A stretch of 61,629 bases of DNA, counting the filler. It is 5 parts of 5 records of this genome, joined end to end, with 100 filler letters (N's around TTAATTAATTAA, not from the genome) between each part and the next. Parts side by side here need not be neighbours in the genome. Positions count along the whole stretch, not along the records: positions 1 to 9,381 come from SRR31156797_404; positions 9,482 to 20,990 come from SRR31156797_413; 3 more parts are not named here. One strand, 5' to 3'. This document shows positions 1 through 9,525 of the stretch, one piece after another. Both the position numbers and the translations under genes were made by a program. How positions within the stretch are numbered: the stretch's first letter is position 1; every line of letters starts with the position of its first letter. A model generated the notes under the pieces. It worked only from the letters and a program-made list of their open reading frames with translations. It did no database searches and was not told the DNA's origin.

Positions 1-408
1 TACTCCTGTTTTTAGACAAGTTTCATAAACACCTCTTACAAATTCATCAGTGAACTTATAGTTGTTTACTAATCCTCCATCTCTAATTGTACAATCAAGT
101 ACCTTCACGTCTTCTCTTACTGAGAATAAACTTCCTTTCTTATGAAAGTTTATTGTTTGATCTCCTTTGTTCATATTCATCATTCCTCCCATTCTACACA
201 TTTGTCCTAAAAGACTGCTACATTTTAATGAATATTGCTTATTATATATTTTTATTGCAATTTAGTAAAGCATTAATTTTAAAATATAGCAAATATTACT
301 TGATTTTAAGGATTTCATGTGTTTAAATTGTAATAATTATCATGACAGTCAGGAATCAATTTTTATTACTTCACTATATATTCTATTATAAATCAGGGGG
401 TTAAAACA

Positions 409-1128
409 ATGATAACTCTAGTCATCGGTGCTACAGGAGCTACAGGTCGTTTATTAGTGGAAGAATTATTAAAAAAAGACGTTACTGTCCGGGCTCTGGT
501 GAGATCACCTGAGAAACTTCAAAATTTAAAAGACAGATATAATAATCTTATAATCATAAAAGGCAGCATCTCAGAAATGAACGAAATCGAGCTGCTCGAA
601 CACGTAAGAGGCTGTGATGCAATAGCTTCATGTCTCGGTCATAATCCAAGCTTCAAGGGAATATTCGGACCTCCATACAGATTAGTTACAGACAGTATAA
701 AAAAATTATGCTCGGTTGCAAAATCCTATGAATCAGATAAAAAAGTCAAAATAGTTCTCATGAATACAGCTGGAAATGTAAATAAAAAAGCTCATGAAAA
801 AGTCTCTATTGTACAAAATTTTGTTTTAATTTTATTAAGAACTTTACTTCCTCCTCATATTGATAATGAACAAGCTGCTGAATTTTTACAGAAGCAAATT
901 GATGGAATTGATAATAAACTGGAATGGAGTGCAGTAAGACCGGATGATCTAATCGATCAGGATAAAGTTAGTGAGTATGAGATTCATCCATCACCAATTA
1001 GAAGTGCTATATTTAATGCCGGTAAAACCAGTCGAATAAATGTCGCTCATTTCATGAGTGAATTGATAACAAATGATCATTTATGGAATAAATGGAAAGA
1101 CCAAATGCCCGTTATTTATAACAGATAA
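409..1128 (+). CDS. NAD(P)-binding atypical SDR / flavin reductase (BVR-B-like) family protein
   Basis: N-terminal Rossmann motif VIGATGATG, VRALVRSP, and C-terminal VRP..L / SRINVAHFM, typical of the NAD(P)H-binding family; GGGGG RBS upstream. Confidence 0.85.
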   Translation: MITLVIGATGATGRLLVEELLKKDVTVRALVRSPEKLQNLKDRYNNLIIIKGSISEMNEIELLEHVRGCDAIASCLGHNPSFKGIFGPPYRLVTDSIKKLCSVAKSYESDKKVKIVLMNTAGNVNKKAHEKVSIVQNFVLILLRTLLPPHIDNEQAAEFLQKQIDGIDNKLEWSAVRPDDLIDQDKVSEYEIHPSPIRSAIFNAGKTSRINVAHFMSELITNDHLWNKWKDQMPVIYNR

Positions 1129-1146
1129 TTAAAATTTTAAAAGAAT

Positions 1147-1195
1147 AGAACCTATATATTTTGCTAGAATTTAGTAAAATATATAGGTTCTTTTT
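1147..1195. terminator. Bidirectional intrinsic terminator between convergent genes
   Basis: Inverted repeat AGAACCTATATATTTTGCTA ... TAGTAAAATATATAGGTTCT followed by a T-run, between the 1128 (+) and 1194 (-) stop codons. Confidence 0.7.
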
Positions 1196-1724
1196 ATAAA
1201 TTATTAAAATCTATTTCACTTGCTGTTTTTAATTCGGCAAACCTTCCGTTAATTATCTCATTATGATAAATTGCTATCGTTGAAGCCTTAAACAGAGTAG
1301 AATCAAAAGTAGTGTGTCCGTTTCTTATTAAGATATTTCTATAACCTTGACTCGATGCAACTCTGCATGTTGTATCCACACAAATCTCTGTCTGCATACC
1401 ACAGATAACCAGTTGTTCTATTCCCAATTTATCCAGCTCTTTTTTCAGCTCCGTTTGATAAAATGCATCAGGTTTTGTTTTTTTTATAACTGTCTCATTT
1501 CCCCTTGGATGAATCTCGGGATGAATCTGCCACAACAAACTTCCTTCTCTCAAAATATCTTTACTATTATCTGTATGTTGCGTATAAAATATTGGAATAT
1601 TTGCCTCTCTGGCTTTCCATAAAACTAATTTAATATTTTCTAAAATCTCTCTTGCTCTATAAACTCCAGGCCCGTAGTCAAACATTACATTTTGAACATC
1701 TATTATTAATAGGGCTGTTTTCAA
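1194..1724 (-). CDS. Cysteine hydrolase (isochorismatase family), copy 1
   Basis: ALLIIDVQN, IKKTKPDAF and GMQTEICVDTT give the Asp-Lys-Cys triad; TTG start with GGAGG RBS. Confidence 0.9.
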   Translation of the reverse strand: MKTALLIIDVQNVMFDYGPGVYRAREILENIKLVLWKAREANIPIFYTQHTDNSKDILREGSLLWQIHPEIHPRGNETVIKKTKPDAFYQTELKKELDKLGIEQLVICGMQTEICVDTTCRVASSQGYRNILIRNGHTTFDSTLFKASTIAIYHNEIINGRFAELKTASEIDFNNL

Positions 1725-1768
1725 GATTCCTCCTTATACTGCAATTACTAAACGGATTTTGCGAGATA

Positions 1769-2293
1769 TTACAGTGCTTCAAAATCTATTTCAGCTGCTG
1801 TCTTAAGTGTTGCAAATCTATTATTCATTATCTCATTATGATGAATAATTATATTAAACGCCTTAAAAGAAGCTGAATCAAAAGTAGTATGACCATTTCT
1901 TATTAATATATTTTTATACCCCTGACTAAAAGCAGCTCTGGTTGTTGTATCAACACAAAACTCTGTTTGCATTCCGCATATAACTAATTGTTCTATTTCT
2001 AATTTATCAAGTTCCTCTTTAAGAGTTGTTTTATAAAATGAGTCCGGTTTTGTTTTTTTTATTATTAACTCTCCCTCTTGAGGGGCAATATATGAGTTAA
2101 TTTGCCAACCTTCACTTCCCTCTTTCATATGATTGTCATCACTATGCTGGACATATATCACAGGTATATCTGCTGCTCTTGCTTTATCAATCACCTGTTT
2201 TATATTTTTTATTACTTCCTCTCCTTCATAGACCCCTTCAGCGTAAGTAAACATAATATTTTGTACATCTATTACTAATAATGCTGTTTTCAC
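1769..2293 (-). CDS. Cysteine hydrolase (isochorismatase family), copy 2
   Basis: ALLVIDVQN, KKTKPDSF, GMQTEFCVDTT; GTG start at 2293 chosen from the AGGAGG RBS and alignment to copy 1. Confidence 0.9.
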   Translation of the reverse strand: MKTALLVIDVQNIMFTYAEGVYEGEEVIKNIKQVIDKARAADIPVIYVQHSDDNHMKEGSEGWQINSYIAPQEGELIIKKTKPDSFYKTTLKEELDKLEIEQLVICGMQTEFCVDTTTRAAFSQGYKNILIRNGHTTFDSASFKAFNIIIHHNEIMNNRFATLKTAAEIDFEAL

Positions 2294-2460
2294 TTTTTCA
2301 CTCCTCCTCATAATATAAAAATCCTCTATTTCTAAGTAAGTATAACTCAGATTTTGCTATACTGTCAAAATAATCTATTATTTTCACTAATGACTTTTTC
2401 CTTTTCTAGTTATATAATAAAGTATAGGATTAATCTTAAACACATTATTAAGAAAGGGTG

Positions 2461-5040
2461 ATGGAAATGGAAGTTATAATTAGTCATGTACATTTAGACC
2501 TCGACGGATTCGCATCAATGGTATTAGCTAAAAAACTACACCCTAATGCTAAGCTGGTCTTCTCAGGCAATACTTCAAAAAATGTAAGAGAGATAGCAAC
2601 TCTTTATCAAGATGTGCTGGATGTCAGCAAAGGTAAAGAGATTGATATAGATAAAATTACAAAACTTATTGTTGTAGATACTTCAAATAAAAACAGAATA
2701 GGTAAATTTAAAAATATATTAGATAAAGAGGGGCTGGAAGTTGTAGTTTATGATCATCATGCCAAAACTGATTTTGATATAGAAAAGGGAATAAAATATC
2801 ATAAATATTATGGTTCAAACTCCGCTCATTTAATTGAATTAATAATAAAGCAATATCCTCATTGCAGCTTCAAAGATTATGAAGCAATTATAGGCTTAAT
2901 GGGGATTTATGAAGATACAGGAAATTTCACTTTCTCCAATACTACAGCAAAAGATATGGAGATGGCAGCACATCTTATGAAGCAAGGTGTGAATCTGAAA
3001 ATGGTTCTGGAATTTGTAAATAAAAACCTCAAGCAAGAGGAAATAGATATGTTACTTAAACTGATAGAAAACAGTGAGATATTAAACTACTCTGTTCATC
3101 GTATTTTTATCACTAAATATTCAGATACTAAATTTTATAACTCTCTGGATATATTAGTTAATAAACTAATGGATTTAGAAGATTGTGACGCGTGTTTTAT
3201 AATTTATGAGTTCGAAAATGATGTTACTATTATTGCCAGAAGTTCAAGCAAAGATATAAAACTTGATCAGATACTTAAAATCTTTGGCGGCGGCGGGCAC
3301 ACTTATGCAGGATCAGCATATGTACGTGGAGGAAGTATAGATTTAATTTACGACAAAGTAGTTAGCAGTACAATGTTATTTATCTCAGAGGGAAAAAAAG
3401 CTGAAGATATAATGAAGAGTCCCGTTAAAATTATTGATCATGAAACTCGTATAAAAGATGTATATAAGATCATGCTCAGATTTGGATATACAGGACTTCC
3501 TATTATGAATGAAGAGAAACTGGTAGGAATTATCTCTCGAAGAGATATCGATAAAGCTATGAATCACGGCTTTGCTAATGCTCCTGCAAGAGCATATATG
3601 TCTTCTAGTATAATCACCGCTGAACGTGATACTCCTGTAGAATTGCTTAAGAAAAAAATTATTGAAAATGAGATAGGAAGAATTCCTATTTTAGAAGATA
3701 ATAAGCTAATTGGTATAGTTACTAGAACTGATATTTTGAGAAGTTTATATGAGCAAAGAGTTCAGAAAAACAGAAGATTTATCGATGAACAGGAAAAACT
3801 TAAAAATGAAATTTTAAAAGAGATTCCTACTTACCTAATGACTATCTTCAAACAAATAGAGTGTGTTTCAAAAAAGAGAAATGAAAGAGTATTTTTAGTT
3901 GGTGGAATAGTAAGAGATTTAATTCTAAAAATTCCAAACTTTGATGTTGATATAGTAATAGAGGGAGACGGCCTTGCTTTTGCAGAGGAGTTAGGTAAAT
4001 TCCTGCATGCTGAGAAAATAGTTAAACATAAAAAGTTTAAAACTGCTGTTGTAATTGTCTCAAACGAACTAAAAATTGATGTTGCTACGTCCAGAATAGA
4101 GTATTATGAATATCCGACTTCTCTTCCGATAGTTGAGTACGGGAGTATCAAGCAGGATCTGTATAGAAGAGATTTCACTATTAATGCAATGGCTCTTGAG
4201 CTTGATTATCATAATTTTGGTAAAATTATAGATTACTATAATGGATATAAAGACCTTATGAATGGTGAAGTTAAAGTTCTGCATAATCTTAGTTTTATAG
4301 AAGACCCTACGAGAGTAATCAGAGCAATTCGATTCGCTACAAGGTATAATTTTAAATTTGGCAGAGATACTGATAAATTTCTAAAGCAAGCTGTCAAAGA
4401 TGGCTTCTTAAATAAAATGAGTTGGCAAAGAGTAAAAAATGAACTGATTAAAATCCTAAGTGATAAAAATCCTGAAAACGCTATTTTCCAACTATTTGAA
4501 AATCACGTATTTGAAACTTTTCCAACTAAAATAGAGCTTACTGATAAAATGGAAAAAGATATTAAAAACGTAAAAAATAGTGTTGAATTAACCAAAAAAC
4601 TAAAAGTTGAAACCTGGATTATCTATTTACTTATTATTCTGGAAAATCTGGATAAAGAACAGCTTGATTTCATGTTTGAACTTTTTAAATTCAAAGCAAA
4701 ATTTATCAAAAAATACGATTATGGTATAAACCTGCGTGAGGAATTAGTCAGTAATCTGAATAAAGCCAAAAAACTATCTGAGCTTTATTTTTTACTCAAT
4801 AAATTCTCAGATGAAATATTAATTTTCCTTCATATAACCAATGAAAACATCCAGGATAAAATAGAAGCATATATAAATCAAGTCAGAGATATTAAACCAC
4901 TTCTAACCGGAAAGCACTTGAAATCATTGGGTTATAAACCTGATGAAAATTATAAAGAAATTCTTCAAAAAGCATTTGCTATTCAACTTGACAACTGTTA
5001 TAATAAAGTTGAAGAAATAATTGAAAAGATTTCAATTTGA
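2461..5040 (+). CDS. cca: DHH-DHHA1-CBS-domain tRNA nucleotidyltransferase (CCA- or A-adding enzyme)
   Basis: HVHLDLD, YDHH and GGGGH (DHH/DHHA1); two CBS repeats; VGGIVRD, DVDIV, DLYRRDFTINAMA and EDPTRVIRAIRF (class II nucleotidyltransferase). Exact start uncertain (2458/2461/2467). Confidence 0.88.
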   Translation: MEMEVIISHVHLDLDGFASMVLAKKLHPNAKLVFSGNTSKNVREIATLYQDVLDVSKGKEIDIDKITKLIVVDTSNKNRIGKFKNILDKEGLEVVVYDHHAKTDFDIEKGIKYHKYYGSNSAHLIELIIKQYPHCSFKDYEAIIGLMGIYEDTGNFTFSNTTAKDMEMAAHLMKQGVNLKMVLEFVNKNLKQEEIDMLLKLIENSEILNYSVHRIFITKYSDTKFYNSLDILVNKLMDLEDCDACFIIYEFENDVTIIARSSSKDIKLDQILKIFGGGGHTYAGSAYVRGGSIDLIYDKVVSSTMLFISEGKKAEDIMKSPVKIIDHETRIKDVYKIMLRFGYTGLPIMNEEKLVGIISRRDIDKAMNHGFANAPARAYMSSSIITAERDTPVELLKKKIIENEIGRIPILEDNKLIGIVTRTDILRSLYEQRVQKNRRFIDEQEKLKNEILKEIPTYLMTIFKQIECVSKKRNERVFLVGGIVRDLILKIPNFDVDIVIEGDGLAFAEELGKFLHAEKIVKHKKFKTAVVIVSNELKIDVATSRIEYYEYPTSLPIVEYGSIKQDLYRRDFTINAMALELDYHNFGKIIDYYNGYKDLMNGEVKVLHNLSFIEDPTRVIRAIRFATRYNFKFGRDTDKFLKQAVKDGFLNKMSWQRVKNELIKILSDKNPENAIFQLFENHVFETFPTKIELTDKMEKDIKNVKNSVELTKKLKVETWIIYLLIILENLDKEQLDFMFELFKFKAKFIKKYDYGINLREELVSNLNKAKKLSELYFLLNKFSDEILIFLHITNENIQDKIEAYINQVRDIKPLLTGKHLKSLGYKPDENYKEILQKAFAIQLDNCYNKVEEIIEKISI

Positions 5041-5112
5041 TAATAGTTTTATTATTTTTGAGCAATTCAAAATTGAAGATTTTTTGAATAAAAAATAATA
5101 TGGGGTGAAGAC

Positions 5113-5475
5113 ATGAAAAAATTATCTATTATTTTAATGATGCTTGTATTTATAATATCTGTTTCTTCTGCTGAAGAGATTTCGAGTAAAAAAACTCTTT
5201 TCAAAAAGTATATATCAGTGATTAAAGATGGAAATAATGCTCTAAATCATGCTGATCCGCAATATATAATGATCACCATGGGCAATATCAAGGAACTTTT
5301 AACAGAGATACAATTTTTTGAAAAAAAACAAAAAATTAAACCTGATAAAGATATAAAAAAAATGAAGAAAAATTTATACCTAATGAGAGAGTCTCTTGAT
5401 GGCTTAGCAGCCCCAAGTGAAAGACCTGAAAATGAGCTAATAAAAGAAAATTTAAACAAAAAAAAGGAAGTTTAG
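5113..5475 (+). CDS. Secreted helical protein, divergent single-repeat member of the DGxxGAS family
   Basis: Signal peptide MKKLSIILMMLVFIISVSSA; KKTLFKKY...SLDGLAAPS resembles one repeat of the neighbouring protein; GGGGTG RBS. Confidence 0.7.
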   Translation: MKKLSIILMMLVFIISVSSAEEISSKKTLFKKYISVIKDGNNALNHADPQYIMITMGNIKELLTEIQFFEKKQKIKPDKDIKKMKKNLYLMRESLDGLAAPSERPENELIKENLNKKKEV

Positions 5476-5530
5476 TTCTTTTGTAATATATTTAGATAGA
5501 AGTTAAAATATTAAAAGGGGAGTTGGTTAT

Positions 5531-6079
5531 ATGAAAAAGATACTTTTACTAATGTTTATTCTTACAGCAGTATCATTCGCTGACAGTCATGACGGAATCG
5601 GAGGTGCTTCTCTTAATAGAGGGAACACTATTAAGAAGTACAAGGAATTAACTAAAATGGCTAAAAAAGCTATTAAAGATGATGATTGGTTCCTAAGAGA
5701 ACAAACTATTGATGAGATTGAAAATTTCATAATGACTACTGAGTCTTATGAGGATGTTTCAAGTAGAGGAGCAAAGAAAAACGTAGCAAAATTTAACAAA
5801 GCTCTAAGAGTTCAATTAGTGCAATTAAAAAAAGTTGATGGTATGGGTGGTGCTTCTCTTGATCCTAAGAAAATGATGCCAAGATACAACTATGTAATTA
5901 AAATAATCGATGCCTCACTTAAAACCGGTAAAAATGAGGAGAAAGCTATCGAAGAAGCTGAAGATATGCTTGGTTTTATAGCTAAATGGAAAGCTCAGCA
6001 AAGTGGAGGAGCTAAAAGTTTCCTAAACAGATATGAGGAAACTCTTACAGAGAAATTAGCACAATTAAAAAAGATGTAA
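5531..6079 (+). CDS. Secreted protein with two ~82-aa repeats, each starting DG[IM]GGASL
   Basis: Signal peptide; motifs at aa 21 (nt 5591) and aa 103 (nt 5837); AAGGGGAG RBS; terminator downstream. Confidence 0.8.
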   Translation: MKKILLLMFILTAVSFADSHDGIGGASLNRGNTIKKYKELTKMAKKAIKDDDWFLREQTIDEIENFIMTTESYEDVSSRGAKKNVAKFNKALRVQLVQLKKVDGMGGASLDPKKMMPRYNYVIKIIDASLKTGKNEEKAIEEAEDMLGFIAKWKAQQSGGAKSFLNRYEETLTEKLAQLKKM

Positions 6080-6099
6080 AATTTATATAACAATTAATT

Positions 6100-6136
6100 T
6101 CAACCACCCATTGTATCAAAGGGTGGTTGATTTTTT
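6100..6136 (+). terminator. Rho-independent terminator
   Basis: TCAACCACCC-loop-GGGTGGTTGA followed by TTTTTT. Confidence 0.8.
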
Positions 6137-6148
6137 CTGAGGTGAATC

Positions 6149-6820
6149 ATGAAAACTATACTAATTATAGAAGATGAAAAAGCAATGAGGAAAATAATAA
6201 AAGATTATCTACACAAGAATAGTTACACAGTATTGGAAGCAGAGGATGGCGACAAAGGTCTTGATATGTTTTACGAAAACCAAATTGATCTGCTTATATT
6301 AGATATAATGATCCCTAAATATGATGGCTGGTCAGTATGTCGAAAAATCAGGGAAAACTCAAATGTTCCAATAGTTATACTCACAGCCAGAAGTGAAGAG
6401 AGTGATATTATATTTGGACTTGAACTGGGAGCAGATGAATATATTACAAAACCTTTTAGCCCTAAAGTTTTAGTTGCTAAAATTAATGCCGTTCTCAGAA
6501 GATCAGAAAGTTCAAATGCAAAACCACATGAACTCCTTCTGGGGAATTTAAAAGTAAACACTGACAGCCATCAGGCTTTTCTCAATGAAAAACTGCTAGA
6601 ACTAACTCCAAAAGAGTTTGATTTACTCTTGATAATGGGTAATAATAAGGGAATCGCTCTCAGTAGAGCTGAACTCCTGAATAAAGTTTGGGGTTATGAT
6701 TATTTCGGAGATATGCGAACAGTAGATACACATATCAAGAGACTACGTAAAAAGCTTAATGGAGAATTTATCAAAACTGTTAGAGGACTGGGGTATAGAT
6801 TCGAGGTGCCAAATGAATAG
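6149..6820 (+). CDS. OmpR/PhoB-family response regulator
   Basis: IIEDE, LDIMIP (phospho-Asp), LTA, KPF; winged-helix RTVDTHIKRLRKKL and TVRGLGYRF. Confidence 0.95.
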   Translation: MKTILIIEDEKAMRKIIKDYLHKNSYTVLEAEDGDKGLDMFYENQIDLLILDIMIPKYDGWSVCRKIRENSNVPIVILTARSEESDIIFGLELGADEYITKPFSPKVLVAKINAVLRRSESSNAKPHELLLGNLKVNTDSHQAFLNEKLLELTPKEFDLLLIMGNNKGIALSRAELLNKVWGYDYFGDMRTVDTHIKRLRKKLNGEFIKTVRGLGYRFEVPNE

Positions 6821-8264
6821 GATAAAATCATTAACTTTTAAATTATTCATAATGAATGGAAGTTTGATTCTTTTAGTAATTCTACTCTCATTTATATTAA
6901 ACAATCTTTATCTGGAAAAGTATCATATTTCCAAGAAAAAAGTTGAACTAATTAAGATCGCTCAGGAATTGAAATCCTATTCAGCAAATAATCAATTTTA
7001 TAAGCGAATAGATGAGATCTCCTCAGAGAAAAATTTAAATATTATTTTATATAATGATTTCCAAAATAGAAATATTTTTAGAATGGGAAATATGAGAATG
7101 ATGAGAGGATTTAATTCTGATATTTTGGAACAGAGGGAATTTTCTAAGCTTAAAGAAGGAGAAATAATAACTAAACTCTTTAAAAACCCTATGATGAATA
7201 TTAATAATTTAATAACTTTTGTAAGTTTAAAAGATTCAAATATCGCCGTAATTATTAATTCGGGATTAATTATTAATGAGTCAACTGCAATAGCTAGGGA
7301 GTTTTATATAATCATTGCGCCAATTACTCTTTTAATTAGTTTAATCGCAAGTTATTTTTTCACTCATAAAATTACTAAACCAATTAATAAATTAAATCAT
7401 ATTGCTAAAAAAATGGCTGATTTGGATTTTAGTGAAAAATTTGAACTCAAAACCGGTGATGAAATTGAAACTTTAGGAGAGACATTTAATTACCTCTCCA
7501 ACCAACTTGAATTAAATATCTCCAGCTTAAATTCTATTGCAGAGCAACTAAAAAAAGAGCTATCTCAGGAAAAAAAGTTAGATAAAAAAAGAACCGAGTT
7601 TATATCTAACGTTAGTCATGAATTAAAAACTCCAATTGCTTTAATAAACGCTTATGCAGAAGGTCTACAAGATAATATTGCTTCAGAAAAAGATAAAGAG
7701 TATTACTATGATACTATCCTTAACGAAGGGCAAAAGATGGATAAATTAGTAAAAGAACTCTTGAATTATATGAAGTTAAAAGATGAAAGAGCTGTAACTG
7801 TTTTTGAAGAAGTTGAAGCAATCTTAATTATAGAGAAAGTGATTAATAAATTCGGGCTTGATTATCAAAAGAAAAATATAAAAGTTAATTTTGATCATAA
7901 ACACATAAAAAATCTAAGTATTAAATGTTCCGCTCTTAAATTTGAACAGATACTCGATAACTTAATCAGCAACGCTGTCAATCACGTTAATAATAATGGA
8001 AATATTAATATTACTATCTCTAGTTTTGAGATGAATAAAGTTAAAATCTCTATTAAAAATACCGGTTCAATAATTTCACCTGAACATAAAGAAAAAGTAT
8101 GGGAACCTTTTTTCAAAATTGATAAAGCCAGAGAAAGAAAATACGGTGGAATAGGTTTAGGCCTTTCCATTGTTAAAGAGATCTTTGATCTTTATAATTT
8201 TGAATACGGTATAAACAGTTCTGAAAACTCTACTGAATTTTTCTTTATAGTTTTCTATATATAA
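6813..8264 (+). CDS. HAMP-domain sensor histidine kinase
   Basis: Two TM segments, HAMP (DEIETLGETFN), H-box SHELKTP, N-box NLISNAVNH, G2 GGIGLGLSI; ATG at 6813 overlaps the regulator's end. Confidence 0.93.
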   Translation: MNRIKSLTFKLFIMNGSLILLVILLSFILNNLYLEKYHISKKKVELIKIAQELKSYSANNQFYKRIDEISSEKNLNIILYNDFQNRNIFRMGNMRMMRGFNSDILEQREFSKLKEGEIITKLFKNPMMNINNLITFVSLKDSNIAVIINSGLIINESTAIAREFYIIIAPITLLISLIASYFFTHKITKPINKLNHIAKKMADLDFSEKFELKTGDEIETLGETFNYLSNQLELNISSLNSIAEQLKKELSQEKKLDKKRTEFISNVSHELKTPIALINAYAEGLQDNIASEKDKEYYYDTILNEGQKMDKLVKELLNYMKLKDERAVTVFEEVEAILIIEKVINKFGLDYQKKNIKVNFDHKHIKNLSIKCSALKFEQILDNLISNAVNHVNNNGNINITISSFEMNKVKISIKNTGSIISPEHKEKVWEPFFKIDKARERKYGGIGLGLSIVKEIFDLYNFEYGINSSENSTEFFFIVFYI

Positions 8265-8492
8265 TGCTTAAACCCTTACGCCATCAGTTTGGAACTAAGA
8301 TTTAAGGTTTCACTCAAGTAAAATTATCAACGCTTCAATGATAGCTCTTATATAGCATGATATTCTAAACTTATTAGTTTACTATGAATATGTTAGTATT
8401 TCATTTAAGATTCCCTCTTTTGTCACAAAATCGCCATTTTACTAATATATAATTGAAATACAAAATTAATAAAATAAAAAGGGGAATCAGTA

Positions 8493-8666
8493 ATGAAAAA
8501 AATATTATTCACATTCACATTAATTTGTTTTTTCTTTATTTTTAGATATCGTATAAATCCTGAAAACATATTAATCCTATTCTTTGCTTTATTTTTTATA
8601 AAAATATTTTTATTTACAATGAAATATTTAAATTTTACAACAAAAGCTTTTCAAGACTATTATTAA
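8493..8666 (+). CDS. Small 57-aa membrane protein (not in ORF track)
   Basis: Manual translation MKKILFTFTLICFFFIFRYRINPENILILFFALFFIKIFLFTMKYLNFTTKAFQDYY*; AAGGGGA RBS; two hydrophobic stretches. Confidence 0.5.
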   Translation: MKKILFTFTLICFFFIFRYRINPENILILFFALFFIKIFLFTMKYLNFTTKAFQDYY

Positions 8667-8700
8667 ATTTAAATACTTCATGTCTAGGAGGAGGTATAAT

Positions 8701-9261
8701 TTGAAGAATATTTTTTTATTAATCTTCATTGTTTCAACACTTTCTTACTCACATGGTAATGAAATTCATTCAACTGACGGTACAGCAGGTGCATCATTAA
8801 ATGAACAAAAAACAATTAAAAAATACAAGCAACTTTCGAAATTAACAAATGAAGCAATTAAAGAAAATGATTGGTTTAAAAAAGAACACGTTTACGATGA
8901 AATTTTAGTGTTTCTAAAACATATAAATTCCTATGATGGAATTTCCAGTCTGGAAGCAAAAAAAGATGTAGCAAAATATAATAAAGCTTTAAAAAAAAGA
9001 TTAACTGCATTAAAAAAAGTGAATGGAATTGGGTTAGAAAAACTTAATAAAAGAAAAGTAAGACAACGTTATTTATACGTATTAAAACTTGCCAAAAACG
9101 CTTCTCAAACTGGAAAAGGCAAAAAAAGAGCTATAGCTGAAATAAATGACTTAACATCATTTATTAAAAAATGGAAATCTTCTCAAACATCTTCTTTACA
9201 AGAAGTTTTTAATGAGATTGAAGAATCTTTAGAAATAGAGCTTAACAGCCTAAAAGGTTAG
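8701..9261 (+). CDS. Secreted two-repeat protein, paralog of 5531..6079
   Basis: TTG start after AGGAGGAGG; DGTAGASLN..TIKKYK..DWF..AKK.VAK.NKAL aligns with the 5531 protein along its full length. Confidence 0.8.
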   Translation: MKNIFLLIFIVSTLSYSHGNEIHSTDGTAGASLNEQKTIKKYKQLSKLTNEAIKENDWFKKEHVYDEILVFLKHINSYDGISSLEAKKDVAKYNKALKKRLTALKKVNGIGLEKLNKRKVRQRYLYVLKLAKNASQTGKGKKRAIAEINDLTSFIKKWKSSQTSSLQEVFNEIEESLEIELNSLKG

Positions 9262-9381
9262 AATAAAGATTCAAAATAATCTAAATAATACTGTATAGGG
9301 GCAGAATCCATGTATTTTTTAAAATCAAATTGGTTCTTTTTGACTTTGATTTAAAAAATACTCCATTTCTGCCCGGGTAAA

Positions 9382-9481
9382 NNNNNNNNNNNNNNNNNNN
9401 NNNNNNNNNNNNNNNNNNNNNNNNNTTAATTAATTAANNNNNNNNNNNNNNNNNNNNNNNNNNNNNNNNNNNNNNNNNNNN
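9382..9481. other. Artificial contig spacer
   Basis: N44-TTAATTAATTAA-N44 (stops in all frames); base composition changes sharply across it. Confidence 0.99.
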
Positions 9482-9525
9482 TGGAAAACCGGATATTCCA
9501 GCATAAAGCCGCAAAACACATTGAT

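Noticed and set aside
87-326. 79-aa ORF at the window start
   Set aside because: No RBS or motif in AT-rich DNA; likely spurious.
9426-9437. TTAATTAATTAA repeated four times in the window
   Set aside because: Always centred in N runs; an artificial linker, not a biological repeat.
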